From Candidatus Latescibacterota bacterium (GTDB lineage: Bacteria > Latescibacterota > UBA2968 > UBA8231), in contig OZ242214.1 in assembly GCA_965206595.1 (NCBI GenBank), forward strand, positions 4,928,001-4,992,000: a DNA stretch of 64,000 nucleotides. Reading direction: 5' to 3'. The notes under the pieces are model-generated. The model had not been told where the DNA came from, did not search any database, and saw only the letters and a program-made list of their open reading frames with translations. Made by a program: the position numbers and the translations under genes. Each line of letters begins with the position of its first letter. Within the stretch, counting starts at the first letter, position 1. Below, piece by piece: positions 34,782 through 44,703 of this stretch.

Positions 34782-35870
34782 CTAGTGTTGTGTCGCAGAG
34801 ATTCGTTCGCAAAGTCTCTTGATTTTCGCGAGGATGGAATCGGCCGTAGCCGTCCACACGAAAGGGTGTGCGTTGGCGTTCCATTTGGCCGTGTAGCGTT
34901 CGATGCGCTCGATGAGCTCGGATACCTTACGGAACGAGTCCCGGCGAACCGCCTGGCGGGTAAGGATATTGAACCAGATCTCCACCTGATTGAGCCACGA
35001 AGCATAGGTGGGGGTGTAGTGAACGTGAAATCGGGGACGCCGTGCCAGCCATCGCTTGACCTTGGCCTGCTTATGCGTGGCGTAGTTGTCGACGACGAGA
35101 TGAATATCGAGGTCAGCGGGGACGTGGGCCTCGATGTGGCGCAGGAACTGAAGGAACTCCTGGTGACGATGACGGGGCTTGCACTGGGTCATCACTTCCC
35201 CGGTGGCTACGTCCAAGGCGGCAAACAGGGTGGTGGTGCCATGGCGCTTGTAATCGTGCGTAATCCCTTCCACGTATCCCAGTCCCAGGGGCAGCATGGG
35301 CTGACTTCGTTCCAACGCCTGGATCCGGCTCTTCTCGTCGACGCACAGCACCAGGGCGTGCTCGGGGGGATTCAGGTACAAGCCGACGATATCCCGTACT
35401 TTGTCGACAAAGAAAGGATCGGTGGAAAGCGTGAAGTGCTTGTGTCGATGGGGCTGCAAACCATACGTGCGCCAAATGCGATGAACCGCGTCCTTGGTCA
35501 AGCCGGTTTCTTCGCCCATGGAGCGCACCGACCACTGTGTTTCGTCTTTGGGCTTGGTCTTCAGGGTCTTGTATACCACCTCGGCTACCTGTTCATCCGT
35601 ACTCGATCGTGGCGCCCCTGAGCGCAGCTCATCATGCAAGCCCTGGAGCCCGTTTTCGAGAAAGCGCCGGCGCCACTTGCCGACCGTAGCACGCGTCACA
35701 CCCACGGCGGCGGCGACGGCTTCATTGGGCCAGCCTTCTGCGGCCAGCAGAATAATCTCGGCTCGCCGCACCAACCCGTGGGAAAGGCTCCGGGATTTGG
35801 CCATCGATTCCAATCGTTCCCGGTCCGACGGACTCAGCTCTAACGGCGGTAATGGACGCCCCGTCACCAT
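34782..35870 (-). CDS. IS630-family transposase
   Basis: N-terminal [23 protein letters not shown] and [10 protein letters not shown] motifs. Confidence 0.95.
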   Translation of the reverse strand: MVTGRPLPPLELSPSDRERLESMAKSRSLSHGLVRRAEIILLAAEGWPNEAVAAAVGVTRATVGKWRRRFLENGLQGLHDELRSGAPRSSTDEQVAEVVYKTLKTKPKDETQWSVRSMGEETGLTKDAVHRIWRTYGLQPHRHKHFTLSTDPFFVDKVRDIVGLYLNPPEHALVLCVDEKSRIQALERSQPMLPLGLGYVEGITHDYKRHGTTTLFAALDVATGEVMTQCKPRHRHQEFLQFLRHIEAHVPADLDIHLVVDNYATHKQAKVKRWLARRPRFHVHYTPTYASWLNQVEIWFNILTRQAVRRDSFRKVSELIERIERYTAKWNANAHPFVWTATADSILAKIKRLCERISATQH

Positions 35871-35954
35871 AGGTCTCTCCTTTCAGAAAGGGGATAAGAG
35901 AAACCTACGGCACCTTCAATTGTTTGTACAGTTAATTATACGACAGGACACTAG
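34782..35954 (-). mobile_element. IS630-family insertion sequence, apparently complete
   Basis: Ends are CTAGTGTTGTGTCG (34782) and CGACAGGACACTAG (35954), an imperfect IR with a TA/CTAG target. Confidence 0.9.
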
Positions 35955-36420
35955 TTTGATGTAAACCTTTCGCTGTCATGGGTCGTGCTCTGCCGCGGAT
36001 AGGTTGGGATCTGCGCGCCGTCACGCGAAAATACGTGTTCGTTCTGTGTGGAGCTACCGGCGCCGCAGTGAAGAGGTCGCACCCCGTCCTTAGGTTTTAC
36101 CTCAGCGGCATGGAGAACGGTAATTCTGGAATCCGGGCCTTATTCATTTAAAGAATGGATGTTGAAATGAATCATTCAACAACATTATGGTATGACACGC
36201 CGGGGACGGGATTTTACCAGGGACTGCCCCTTGGGAACGGGCGGCTGGGGATGACGGTGCTGGGGGGGATCCGTGATGAACGAATCGTGCTGAACAGAGG
36301 ATCACTCTGGCCAGGGGAGATTGTGTGGAGATGAATGACAGGACGGGACGCGGAGATGAACCTTTCAGATCATGACCAGCAGCCATTTCTTGCGGGATTG
36401 TTGTGGTGGGACACCGACCG

Positions 36421-39400
36421 CTAATACAGCACGTTCTGCGCATACCCCATGAACAGGCGCACGAAGATCTCCGTCGTGTCGAAGCTCTCGAGGAAGCGGA
36501 ATTCGTCTGCGTACTCCAGCCTGTCCTGCTTGACCCCCAGATTGGTGGAAATCCTGTACCCCGAGTAATCCGACATGTTGGAGAGGAAGACCATCGTCGT
36601 CCGCCGCTTGAAGCTGTTGCGCGGCTCGGCTATGTGGGTTTCCTCGAACCACCAGCCCGGGAGCCCCTGGAGACCCGCCTTCACCTCCGTCGCCGGAGAC
36701 AGCTCATAACGGGCCATGACGAGGGGGACGACCGTGTGGGTGTGGTCCAACGCCCGCTTTCCCAGCTGCCGGGTCCGCTTCAACCAGAGTCCTTTCAGGG
36801 CCGGCTGCAGCGTCAGATTCCCCCAGCGCCACGTGTAGTCGGCCTGCTGCACCCACGCCACGGAACGGATCCGGTTACGGGCTTGCTCCGAACCGTCCCC
36901 GAGCCGATCCCCATACTGCCGGTTGTGTTCCAGTTTCATCCGGGTGACGATCCGCCAGCCGGGAAGCCACCTCAGGGTGCCCGATAGGTACAGCCGGTTT
37001 ACCAGACTGTTGCGATAGTTCAACTGATCCAAGCTGAACGTCGGAAAATACGCGAATCGCCCCTCATCGGACCTGAGGAATCTCTGGTCTACTGTCGCGG
37101 CCGCCCCCGTCCAGCTGAACACGTCATCCGGAACATCGTCCCACACCCGCTTCAACTCATCCTCGACCAGCCATTCACCCACCCCGGGATGCTCCCCGCT
37201 ATACCTTAGCCGAATGTAGCGCTGGTCGTTGCGGCCGGCGCCGGCGATCTGATGGGACTTCAGCCAGCCCAGGGTTGCCACCATGCCCGTCCCTGGCTTC
37301 CAGCGGACATAAGCATGGCCCCCCCGCAGATCCCGGTCATAGGGAAGATCCTCCTTCTGGTCATCCTCTCGCTCATCCACGACATCGTTGTTGTTGAAAT
37401 CCAGACCGTACACGTATTCATCCGGATCCACCTCGTAGAGCAGGAAAGGTTCCAGATAGTCCGGCAGCCCGTTCAGGTTGCGGTTGGTATCCGGGATGCC
37501 ATCGTTGTCCGCATCCTGTCCGGGGAACACTGATAGATCACCGGGGGCCGCGCCCGGTATCATGCTCTCCGGATTGCTATCCTGATCATCATTGTCGTCG
37601 AGAAGAGAAAAGAAGCTCGTGTTGTTCTCCAGAGACCGCTCGCCTTGCACCTGGAGCACAAGGTCTCCTGGCCTCGCACTCAATCTCTGGTTGAACTTGG
37701 GCCCGATGGAAAACAGCTCTCCCCCGAAACCATAGCGCTCCGTCTCCCGCTCCAGCTGAACATACCCGGCTCGATCCCCACGGCGGTGGCGTGCGCCACT
37801 TGCCTCCCGAAGCACAGGCTTGCCTGCAGCCCAAACCACCTGTTCCCCAGGCGTCCCATCCCGGTAGCGGCTGTACGTGAAGCTCTTCGCAAACTCCCCG
37901 CGCACCCGTAGACCCACAAGGTCCAGCGCCATATTCACACCCCATACTGACTGCCCAGTCTCCGTCCCGAGCGGAATCCGTATCCGCTCGACATTGGACA
38001 AATCCTGCACATTCCCCTCGGCACGAAGCACCGTCTTATAGAACGGCGCGCTGTAGCGAGCATCATACGGGGTGCCTTCCCTCGGATTCGACACACTCAG
38101 GTCAGCGACTTCGATACGGTAATCATTGCCCACCGACGCCTCCACCTCCACCGATCGCACATGGGTCAGCCCCTCCAGATCGAAGTAATACACCAGGGCC
38201 TCGGTCCCATCCGCACGCTGAACCTGGCCCGGATCCTCCCACCCCACAAACTCAACCAGACGATCTACGTCCGTGTTGTTGGCCACATTCGGATCGTTCG
38301 GGTCCAGTGCATAATCCCGCCGATACAGGAAGTCGGCAAACAACGGGGTCTCCATCCCCCAATAGGGGCCCGGGGTGCGTGCTATGTCGGGTTCGTAGTA
38401 GAAGCTGGGTCTAAAACTCCCATCGATCGGGCTGGCCTTTCCAACTACCGTAAACCGATCCGTGAGATCCCTACGCACCACGTCCGGGACCAGATCCGGA
38501 CGGACTTCACCGTTGACCACCAGTTGCACTCCATACACCACGGGCCCCCGCCCATCGTCCGGCGAATCGTCCGAAATCCGTAACGCCAAGAGCGCCGGGA
38601 TCGGCTGAGTGGCATGCAGATCCCCCCTCAAGTCGGTCGTCGGATAGCGCACGTCGAACATGTGCTGGTTCGCAAACGTGGCGCCCGCCCGCAACGGCCC
38701 CATCTCGCGCTCATAGTGTCCTGCCAGGAGAATCCCCGAATCGCTGTCGGTACCCCTTGCCGCACCCCCTCCCTGATACATCGAATAAGTGTAGGCAGCT
38801 ACGAGGCTCAAGGCATCACCAAACGGGCTCAGCACATCCGCCCGGGCCCCCTGCAGCGACACGCGATTCACCGTCAGCGGCGTGAACCGAGTGATGATCC
38901 CTCTCGTCCACCAATGCTGTTGACTTATGCGCCCTGTGAAGATCAGATTAGCTGCCCATTCCGAGTGGCTCTGTCCTCCCATGGAAAAAATCCCGTTGAA
39001 GTCGTTGAGGGCAGATCTGAAAATACTGCTCCCACTCCGGATATCCCCCGCCGTGCCCCGCGCCGCCGACCAAGAGCTCAATTCCCGGCCGCTGATCAGA
39101 AAGTTACCCAGGGGATCGTAGATATTCGACCACGGCGGACGATCCGTCAGCGCGTCGTAGTTATGATACTCCGTGAACGCGTAGTTTCGATACGGCTCCC
39201 CCAGGTCCGCAAAAAACGTCTGATCCGGCACGATCGCAGGCACCATCGGGGTATCCTTCCATCGACGCTCCGCCTCCCATACCTCCCCCCCCTGCACATC
39301 CCCTTGCGACTGAGCGTCAAGCCATCTTCCCTCCCCCACCACAACCGTCATTAAAAAAAAATGAAGTGAAAATGACAGACGTCCCCCTCTGAAGCCAAAG

Positions 39401-39510
39401 CGGCTCCATCCCCCGCCTGGTCTTTTGCCTTTACGTGCGATGCAGGGCATCGCTTCTGTCATTTCGTTGGGTTCGCAGTTCGTCCATAAAGGACTCACCA
39501 TCCCGGGCAA
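36421..39510 (-). CDS. Large hypothetical protein, probable outer-membrane beta-barrel with inserted Ca-binding (DxDxDG) segment
   Basis: Many alternating amphipathic strands. Acidic DDNDDQD, DADNDGIPD and DFNNNDVVD motifs. C-terminal EIFVRLFMGY...LY. The true start may be downstream of 39510. Confidence 0.65.
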   Translation of the reverse strand: MPGMVSPLWTNCEPNEMTEAMPCIARKGKRPGGGWSRFGFRGGRLSFSLHFFLMTVVVGEGRWLDAQSQGDVQGGEVWEAERRWKDTPMVPAIVPDQTFFADLGEPYRNYAFTEYHNYDALTDRPPWSNIYDPLGNFLISGRELSSWSAARGTAGDIRSGSSIFRSALNDFNGIFSMGGQSHSEWAANLIFTGRISQQHWWTRGIITRFTPLTVNRVSLQGARADVLSPFGDALSLVAAYTYSMYQGGGAARGTDSDSGILLAGHYEREMGPLRAGATFANQHMFDVRYPTTDLRGDLHATQPIPALLALRISDDSPDDGRGPVVYGVQLVVNGEVRPDLVPDVVRRDLTDRFTVVGKASPIDGSFRPSFYYEPDIARTPGPYWGMETPLFADFLYRRDYALDPNDPNVANNTDVDRLVEFVGWEDPGQVQRADGTEALVYYFDLEGLTHVRSVEVEASVGNDYRIEVADLSVSNPREGTPYDARYSAPFYKTVLRAEGNVQDLSNVERIRIPLGTETGQSVWGVNMALDLVGLRVRGEFAKSFTYSRYRDGTPGEQVVWAAGKPVLREASGARHRRGDRAGYVQLERETERYGFGGELFSIGPKFNQRLSARPGDLVLQVQGERSLENNTSFFSLLDDNDDQDSNPESMIPGAAPGDLSVFPGQDADNDGIPDTNRNLNGLPDYLEPFLLYEVDPDEYVYGLDFNNNDVVDEREDDQKEDLPYDRDLRGGHAYVRWKPGTGMVATLGWLKSHQIAGAGRNDQRYIRLRYSGEHPGVGEWLVEDELKRVWDDVPDDVFSWTGAAATVDQRFLRSDEGRFAYFPTFSLDQLNYRNSLVNRLYLSGTLRWLPGWRIVTRMKLEHNRQYGDRLGDGSEQARNRIRSVAWVQQADYTWRWGNLTLQPALKGLWLKRTRQLGKRALDHTHTVVPLVMARYELSPATEVKAGLQGLPGWWFEETHIAEPRNSFKRRTTMVFLSNMSDYSGYRISTNLGVKQDRLEYADEFRFLESFDTTEIFVRLFMGYAQNVLY

Positions 39511-39515
39511 CAGTA

Positions 39516-39828
39516 CTAGCCTGCCTGGGTGCGCATAAGCATTCCAAGGTCAAGCGATGGCTGGCACGGCGTCCCCGATTTCGCCTTCACTACACCCCCA
39601 CGTATGCTTCGTGGCTCAACCAAGTCGAGATTTGGTTCAGCATCATTACCCGCCAGGCGGTTCGCCGGGACTCGTTCCGTAAGGTATCGGAGCTCATCGA
39701 GCGAATCGAACGCTACACGGCCAAATGGAACGCCAACGCACACCCTTTCGTCTGGACGGCTACGGCCGATTCCATCCTCGCGAAAATCAAGAGACTTTGT
39801 GAACGAATCTCTGCCGACACAACACTAA
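39516..39828 (+). mobile_element. Partial IS630 copy (3' end of transposase plus right IR), inverted relative to 34782-35954
   Basis: Encodes [12 protein letters not shown]...[10 protein letters not shown]...[10 protein letters not shown], near-identical to the intact copy. Ends in GACACAACACTA. Confidence 0.9.
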
Positions 39829-41771
39829 TAGGCCATACTCAATCCATTACCCATCATCCCGGTGAAATAGTCCACGATCAGCCAGAATCCCCCGGCCACG
39901 AACTGACCCAGGATCAACCCGTAGAAAAGAGGAGCGAGCGAACGATAGGCTTTGAGGCCACCATACTTCAAGAGAATCGACTTGGTCAGCCAAGCAAGAA
40001 AGATCGGAAACCAGGCCGTACCCATCACCCTATCCATACTGATCACAAATCCCAGAGGATGTAACGGCCACCACAGGAAACGGCGATGCAAAACCAGAAG
40101 ACTCGCCATCACCCCGCCGCCCAGCAGCCGGACAAGCCAACCCAACCAATTCGGTCCCGCATTCTCGTCGACCCTGCGTGCCACATACGCCCAGGTAAAG
40201 TCGGGCAGATAGCTCACGTAACCAGCTACGTTGATACCCCCCTCCCGATAGATTACCCACAACGACGTCCAGAACGTACTGACCGCAGAAATCCCAATAG
40301 CGATCGCAATCGCCAGCAACAACCATCGCTTCCGATACGCGATCTCCCCGCTCAACTTCAACCCCGTAGCCGTATGTGCCATCATCGTGCACGCCAGTGA
40401 TTCCGTCCATATCACCGTCGGCCCCAGCGCCGCGATCCCGGTAGGCCCTATGTAGCGCGCGCCAATCCCAGAGATCACGAAGTCGAGGGGGATATTGCGA
40501 GGAAACACCATAGGCAAGCCCGCCTCGGAGATGATGCGCGTCAGGCTGATGAAGGTCACCAGCACCCCGAACAGGAACAGCGGCCCTACCCACAGCGGCA
40601 ATCCGGCACGCCAGAGCCACACATTCATCCCGACCAGGCCGAGGATTACTCCCCACACAGCAGTGCGGTATGACATGATCTCGTCGTCATCGTTTACCGA
40701 CGTGTCCCCTCTGAACGCCTTCCGAAACACCTCCCGCAGATGCCCCCGGCCAATCCAAAGCCCGAAGAGCACCAGCGCGGTCATGGCACCTATGCTCTGA
40801 TGTGCCAGCAGCCCGCCGCCATAGCTAGACACAGGTTCCCCAATGCCAGCCCCCGTCAGGTGCAACGCACCCTCCTCCAGTTGCCGCAGCAGAGTGAATA
40901 CCCACATCCCGAGCATCACGTCCGGTTTGAGGAAGTACGCAAACCCCAGGATCATCAGATTCAGGTAGAAGGAGATGCCCACTGTTCCCCGCAACAGGGT
41001 GATGTCCCCAAAGTTCGACGGGATGACGGGAACCAAGGGGAAGTAATGGTTCAGGGCATTGAGGCTCTCTCGGCCGAACGCCAGCAGCAATCCCACCCAC
41101 ATCAGAGGCTTCTTGAAAAAGGGCGCCACCAGCGATCCGCCTGACGGGGCTTCCACCATGGCCAGAGGTACCTTGGTGATCGGATAGATCAGGTGTTCGT
41201 GCTCCACCCACTGGCGACGGAGAATCACCATCACGCAGATGCTCACCATCCACAACGCCACCATGAACAGCAACCACCAGAACAGCGGCGGCAACCACAT
41301 ACCCCAGGGGACAGACTCGCCTTCCGGCATCCCTTCGAAAAACCACTGGATCCCCATCTTATCGTGAGGGACCATCCAATCCGCGACGTAGGGATGAACC
41401 CGCTCCGCCCACTCGTTTTGCGGCGAAGCCAGGTAGAATACCCCGGCCGCGGACCCCAACAGCATCAAGCAGAACCCGTTGCGCTCGCCACCAGAGAAAG
41501 CCGTCGCCACGACCATCATGAGGTAGATGGTCAGCAACTCCCCCTTGCCCAGCACCAGCCGACCGTGAATGAGCCCCAACAGCACCTGGACAACACCCAC
41601 CCACAGGAAGAACAGAAAGAAGGCGGCCGGAGCGTTCAATGCGCTCATGTGGCTGCCCATGATGACAAACGCTCCGTAGGGTACTCCCACCCCGATCACC
41701 AGACTGAGTCCGGCTCCGATGACCAAGGAGCGCAGCGTCACCCCCGACGCCGGCCGCTTCTCTATTTCCAT
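39825..41771 (-). CDS. DUF6785/DUF6784 family multi-pass membrane protein (OPT-like transporter candidate)
   Basis: GVTLRSL..G, EL..IY, YLASPQNEW, ILRRQW...E.L.YP and WWPLHPLG motifs; about 16 TM segments. Confidence 0.8.
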   Translation of the reverse strand: MEIEKRPASGVTLRSLVIGAGLSLVIGVGVPYGAFVIMGSHMSALNAPAAFFLFFLWVGVVQVLLGLIHGRLVLGKGELLTIYLMMVVATAFSGGERNGFCLMLLGSAAGVFYLASPQNEWAERVHPYVADWMVPHDKMGIQWFFEGMPEGESVPWGMWLPPLFWWLLFMVALWMVSICVMVILRRQWVEHEHLIYPITKVPLAMVEAPSGGSLVAPFFKKPLMWVGLLLAFGRESLNALNHYFPLVPVIPSNFGDITLLRGTVGISFYLNLMILGFAYFLKPDVMLGMWVFTLLRQLEEGALHLTGAGIGEPVSSYGGGLLAHQSIGAMTALVLFGLWIGRGHLREVFRKAFRGDTSVNDDDEIMSYRTAVWGVILGLVGMNVWLWRAGLPLWVGPLFLFGVLVTFISLTRIISEAGLPMVFPRNIPLDFVISGIGARYIGPTGIAALGPTVIWTESLACTMMAHTATGLKLSGEIAYRKRWLLLAIAIAIGISAVSTFWTSLWVIYREGGINVAGYVSYLPDFTWAYVARRVDENAGPNWLGWLVRLLGGGVMASLLVLHRRFLWWPLHPLGFVISMDRVMGTAWFPIFLAWLTKSILLKYGGLKAYRSLAPLFYGLILGQFVAGGFWLIVDYFTGMMGNGLSMAY

Positions 41772-41836
41772 CGACAAACCCAGTAGTCCCACTCTTGGGT
41801 GTCGCTCGGAAATTCTCGACAACCCACTCTATTCGT

Positions 41837-42320
41837 TGAAGTTACCCGGTTTGGTGAACATCCGGATACTTGGGTGAAAGGAGGATGTCCACATGCCGAA
41901 GTCCCGTTCCCCGTACCCGCCTTGAGTTTCCGCTGTCAGTATGGTGCAACCGATGGGGGAACGAACGCCTGAGGAGCCGGGCAAGGGTTTGAGCCCCCCG
42001 CCCAGGCGGTTCGCAACTGGGTGGCCCGGGCGGAACGCGACGAAGGTCTTCGCGAAGGCGGCCTCACGACCGCGGAGCAGGAAGAGCTGCGGCGCCTGCG
42101 GCGGGAGAAACAAGCAGTTGCGCATTGAGCGTGGGATCCTGTCAAAGGCAGCCACCTGGTTCGCTCAGGAAGCCGATTCCAAGCCGAGGTCTTCGAGTTT
42201 GTGAGCGATCACCAAGCCCTCTATCCGATCGCCACCATTGGAGGGCGTAAGTCGCCGAAAGCGGGCGCATACGACGCGACGCGATCGTCACGGACGGGTG
42301 GCTCCGAACTTGGTGGATGT
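41837..42320 (+). mobile_element. Degenerate IS3-family remnant (OrfA and start of OrfB)
   Basis: Starts with TG, then GGAGG-ATG MPKSRSPYPP. ERGILSKAATWFAQE is an OrfA end; TTRRD..APNLV is OrfB. Multiple frameshifts. Confidence 0.75.
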
Positions 42321-42682
42321 GCGGCCGATCCCTCTCGTTGCAGTATTGCCCCTCGAGAGATCCCGCTGTCCCACGCACGACCGGCGGATCGAGCAGACCC
42401 CCCTGGGCGTGCCGTCGGCGCGGGGGAGCTACCGCTTCGATTACCTCCTGCTCAGGTACTGCCAGCGGATGCCGCAGGTTATCGCCGCCCCCATGCTTGG
42501 CATCGCGGCGTCGGCATCCTGCACCGTATCACCGAGCGGGAACGACAGGGGCACCGGATCCGAGGTCTCAAGACGATCGGCATCGATGAGATTCCTACGC
42601 CAAGGACCACCAACCGCGCCCGGTGGAAACCCTTGGCACAAGACGTCTCTATGGCAAGCCGTTGAGAATTCCGGAGATAGCC
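42321..42682 (+). mobile_element. Degenerate ISL3-family remnant
   Basis: CPTH..RIEQTP...YRF...RMP and GLKTIGIDEI segments resemble ISL3 transposase. Ends ...GATAGCC, i.e. a GGCTAT-type IR. Confidence 0.6.
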
Positions 42683-42684
42683 TG

Positions 42685-42724
42685 AAAACAGGAGGCGGAG
42701 GAAGGGCAGAACCCCCTCCTCCGC
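42685..42724 (-). terminator. Rho-independent terminator after the FlgD-tailed protein gene
   Basis: GCGGAGGA/TCCTCCGC stem followed on the minus strand by TGTTTT. Confidence 0.45.
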
Positions 42725-42753
42725 TCGGTGACCCGTCGGCAACCCTCCCCCCT

Positions 42754-44703
42754 TTACTTGAGCAGGGTCATCTTCTTTGTCATCTGATAGTGGCCAACCT
42801 GCAGGCTATAGAAATACAACCCGCCGGCAGCTAGGTCTCCGCTGGCGTTGGTGCCGTCCCACCCAGTGCGATAGGTGCCCCCGGTCAGGTACTCGTTGAC
42901 CAGTGTGGCCACCTTCTGGCCCTGGATGTTGAGGACAGTCATCTTCACAAGGGCCTCCACGGGAACGGCGAACTCGATCGTCGTCTCCGCGTTGAACGGG
43001 TTCGGATACGCCTCGCCCAACACATAGTCATCGGGCGTCACGTCTGAAGAGATTTCCGCGACCGCCGTCGGGAGATCCCTTCCGATCAGAGCCATAGAAA
43101 TCCGGAACGGCAGATGGCCAATCTGATAACCAAAACCATCACCGTGGAATTCCGGTTCAGTAGCCAGAAGATACAGTCCGTCGTGCTCCGAATGCTCGTG
43201 GAGCATATAAACGCCCGTCCCGGTCGCCTGGTTATGCGACGTCGGAGCCTTGGCTGCGTCAACGTGAAGGAGCCCCGCGCCATCGGGGCCGTAGAGCGCC
43301 CCCCAGTGGGGCTGGACCGGGTTTTTCGTACCCTCAGCTACGAAAGCGAACCCCTCGGCACTGCCGGTGAGCACGTGAGCGTCACCATCCAGAGTTGGCT
43401 CAATACCCAGGGCATCTGCTTGGGTTTCATAGATCATGTCGTTGAAGCCGTCCCCGGCATCGTTCATATAGATGAGGTTCCCGTCCCAGTCGACCTTTAA
43501 AGGACTTCTTGTTATCGAATCCGCGCCCCAACCTCCAGCGCAGACGATGAACCCCGAGTCATCGATGTGCATAGTCCCAACCATGCTGGCAACAGGCGAC
43601 GTTGATCCATCCTCGTTGAAGCGCTCGAATACATAGAACGGGCTGATGTCGATGATGTTCGTGACCTCGCCCGTATTAGAATCCAGTTCGTAGATATCGG
43701 AGACCGGGGGATCGGTAAAGAACCCATGGCCCATGTACAGTTTGTTTTCAAAAAATTGGAGCGAATTGAAGATATTCTGGTTATCGTCGACAACAATCCT
43801 CTCTTTCCAACTGGCGGGTGGGTCCCCGAAGCCTTCCATGGGTTCGGCCGTCGTCTGGTCCAGAGAAACGGTGGCGCCAATTATGCCACCATCCCAGAAT
43901 TGGTACGACCACCAGCGGGTGAAGTCGTCCGGATCAACGACAGACCCATGGCTCGTGCCCCCCAGTATCGCTCTTGGGTTCCCGTCAGCGTCCGTCAGGC
44001 CGTAGTTCGGGACTTCGGTGAGCTTGACAAGCTCCATCTCATCGTGTTCCAGGAAATTGCCCGCGGCAATCGAATATCTCATGAAGCTCGCGCCCCCCGC
44101 GCCCAGGTCGGCAACGATTTGCTCTCTCGACCCGCCCGGCCTCGTGCCCAATGTCGCGCCGGTGCCAATGATCCATCCTTCCCCTTGGGCGTTCATGAGG
44201 TAGACAGCGCGCTGCCGCATCCCCCAACCCGAGACGCCTACCCAGTTGACATCATCCAGGTTGTTGATGCCGATAGCGTAGAGGGTGTACGTGCCCGGCT
44301 CGACGGCGTTCTCTTCCCAATCTTTCCCATCCCACGTGCCGCTGTGCGTTCCCTCCTCGAACGTCCCCAGCTCCACCACTCTTACCAGGTTGGGGATCCC
44401 CGCCTTGCGGTTCAGAGCGTGGCCGCCATTTATCTCGGGGATACCAGGGCCGCCCCAGCCGCCCTCGGTGGGCTGATCCTTGGTGTACACCACCAGCCAG
44501 ACGGAGGCACGGCTGCCCCGCAGAGTGAAAGGAATGGTCGCATTGCCGCTGAAATCGTAGCTCACATTCCCCAGATCAATATCCAGCAGTTGCAGCTCCT
44601 CGCTACGCACGTATCGGTAGCCCTCAGTCCCCGCTTGGCCGTAAGCCAGTCCCGCGCAAACCGCGAGGAGGATCATGGACAAAAACATAGCTCTCGGTCG
44701 CAT
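42754..44703 (-). CDS. Secreted protein with N-terminal FlgD-like Ig domain and C-terminal T9SS-type A/FlgD-like sorting domain
   Basis: Signal peptide (..GLAYG-Q). N-terminal WDGKD..G..V.PGTY. C-terminal PTAV..AYPNPFNAETTIEF...GQKVATLV...WDG...GLYFY...KKMTLLK. Confidence 0.85.
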   Translation of the reverse strand: MRPRAMFLSMILLAVCAGLAYGQAGTEGYRYVRSEELQLLDIDLGNVSYDFSGNATIPFTLRGSRASVWLVVYTKDQPTEGGWGGPGIPEINGGHALNRKAGIPNLVRVVELGTFEEGTHSGTWDGKDWEENAVEPGTYTLYAIGINNLDDVNWVGVSGWGMRQRAVYLMNAQGEGWIIGTGATLGTRPGGSREQIVADLGAGGASFMRYSIAAGNFLEHDEMELVKLTEVPNYGLTDADGNPRAILGGTSHGSVVDPDDFTRWWSYQFWDGGIIGATVSLDQTTAEPMEGFGDPPASWKERIVVDDNQNIFNSLQFFENKLYMGHGFFTDPPVSDIYELDSNTGEVTNIIDISPFYVFERFNEDGSTSPVASMVGTMHIDDSGFIVCAGGWGADSITRSPLKVDWDGNLIYMNDAGDGFNDMIYETQADALGIEPTLDGDAHVLTGSAEGFAFVAEGTKNPVQPHWGALYGPDGAGLLHVDAAKAPTSHNQATGTGVYMLHEHSEHDGLYLLATEPEFHGDGFGYQIGHLPFRISMALIGRDLPTAVAEISSDVTPDDYVLGEAYPNPFNAETTIEFAVPVEALVKMTVLNIQGQKVATLVNEYLTGGTYRTGWDGTNASGDLAAGGLYFYSLQVGHYQMTKKMTLLK

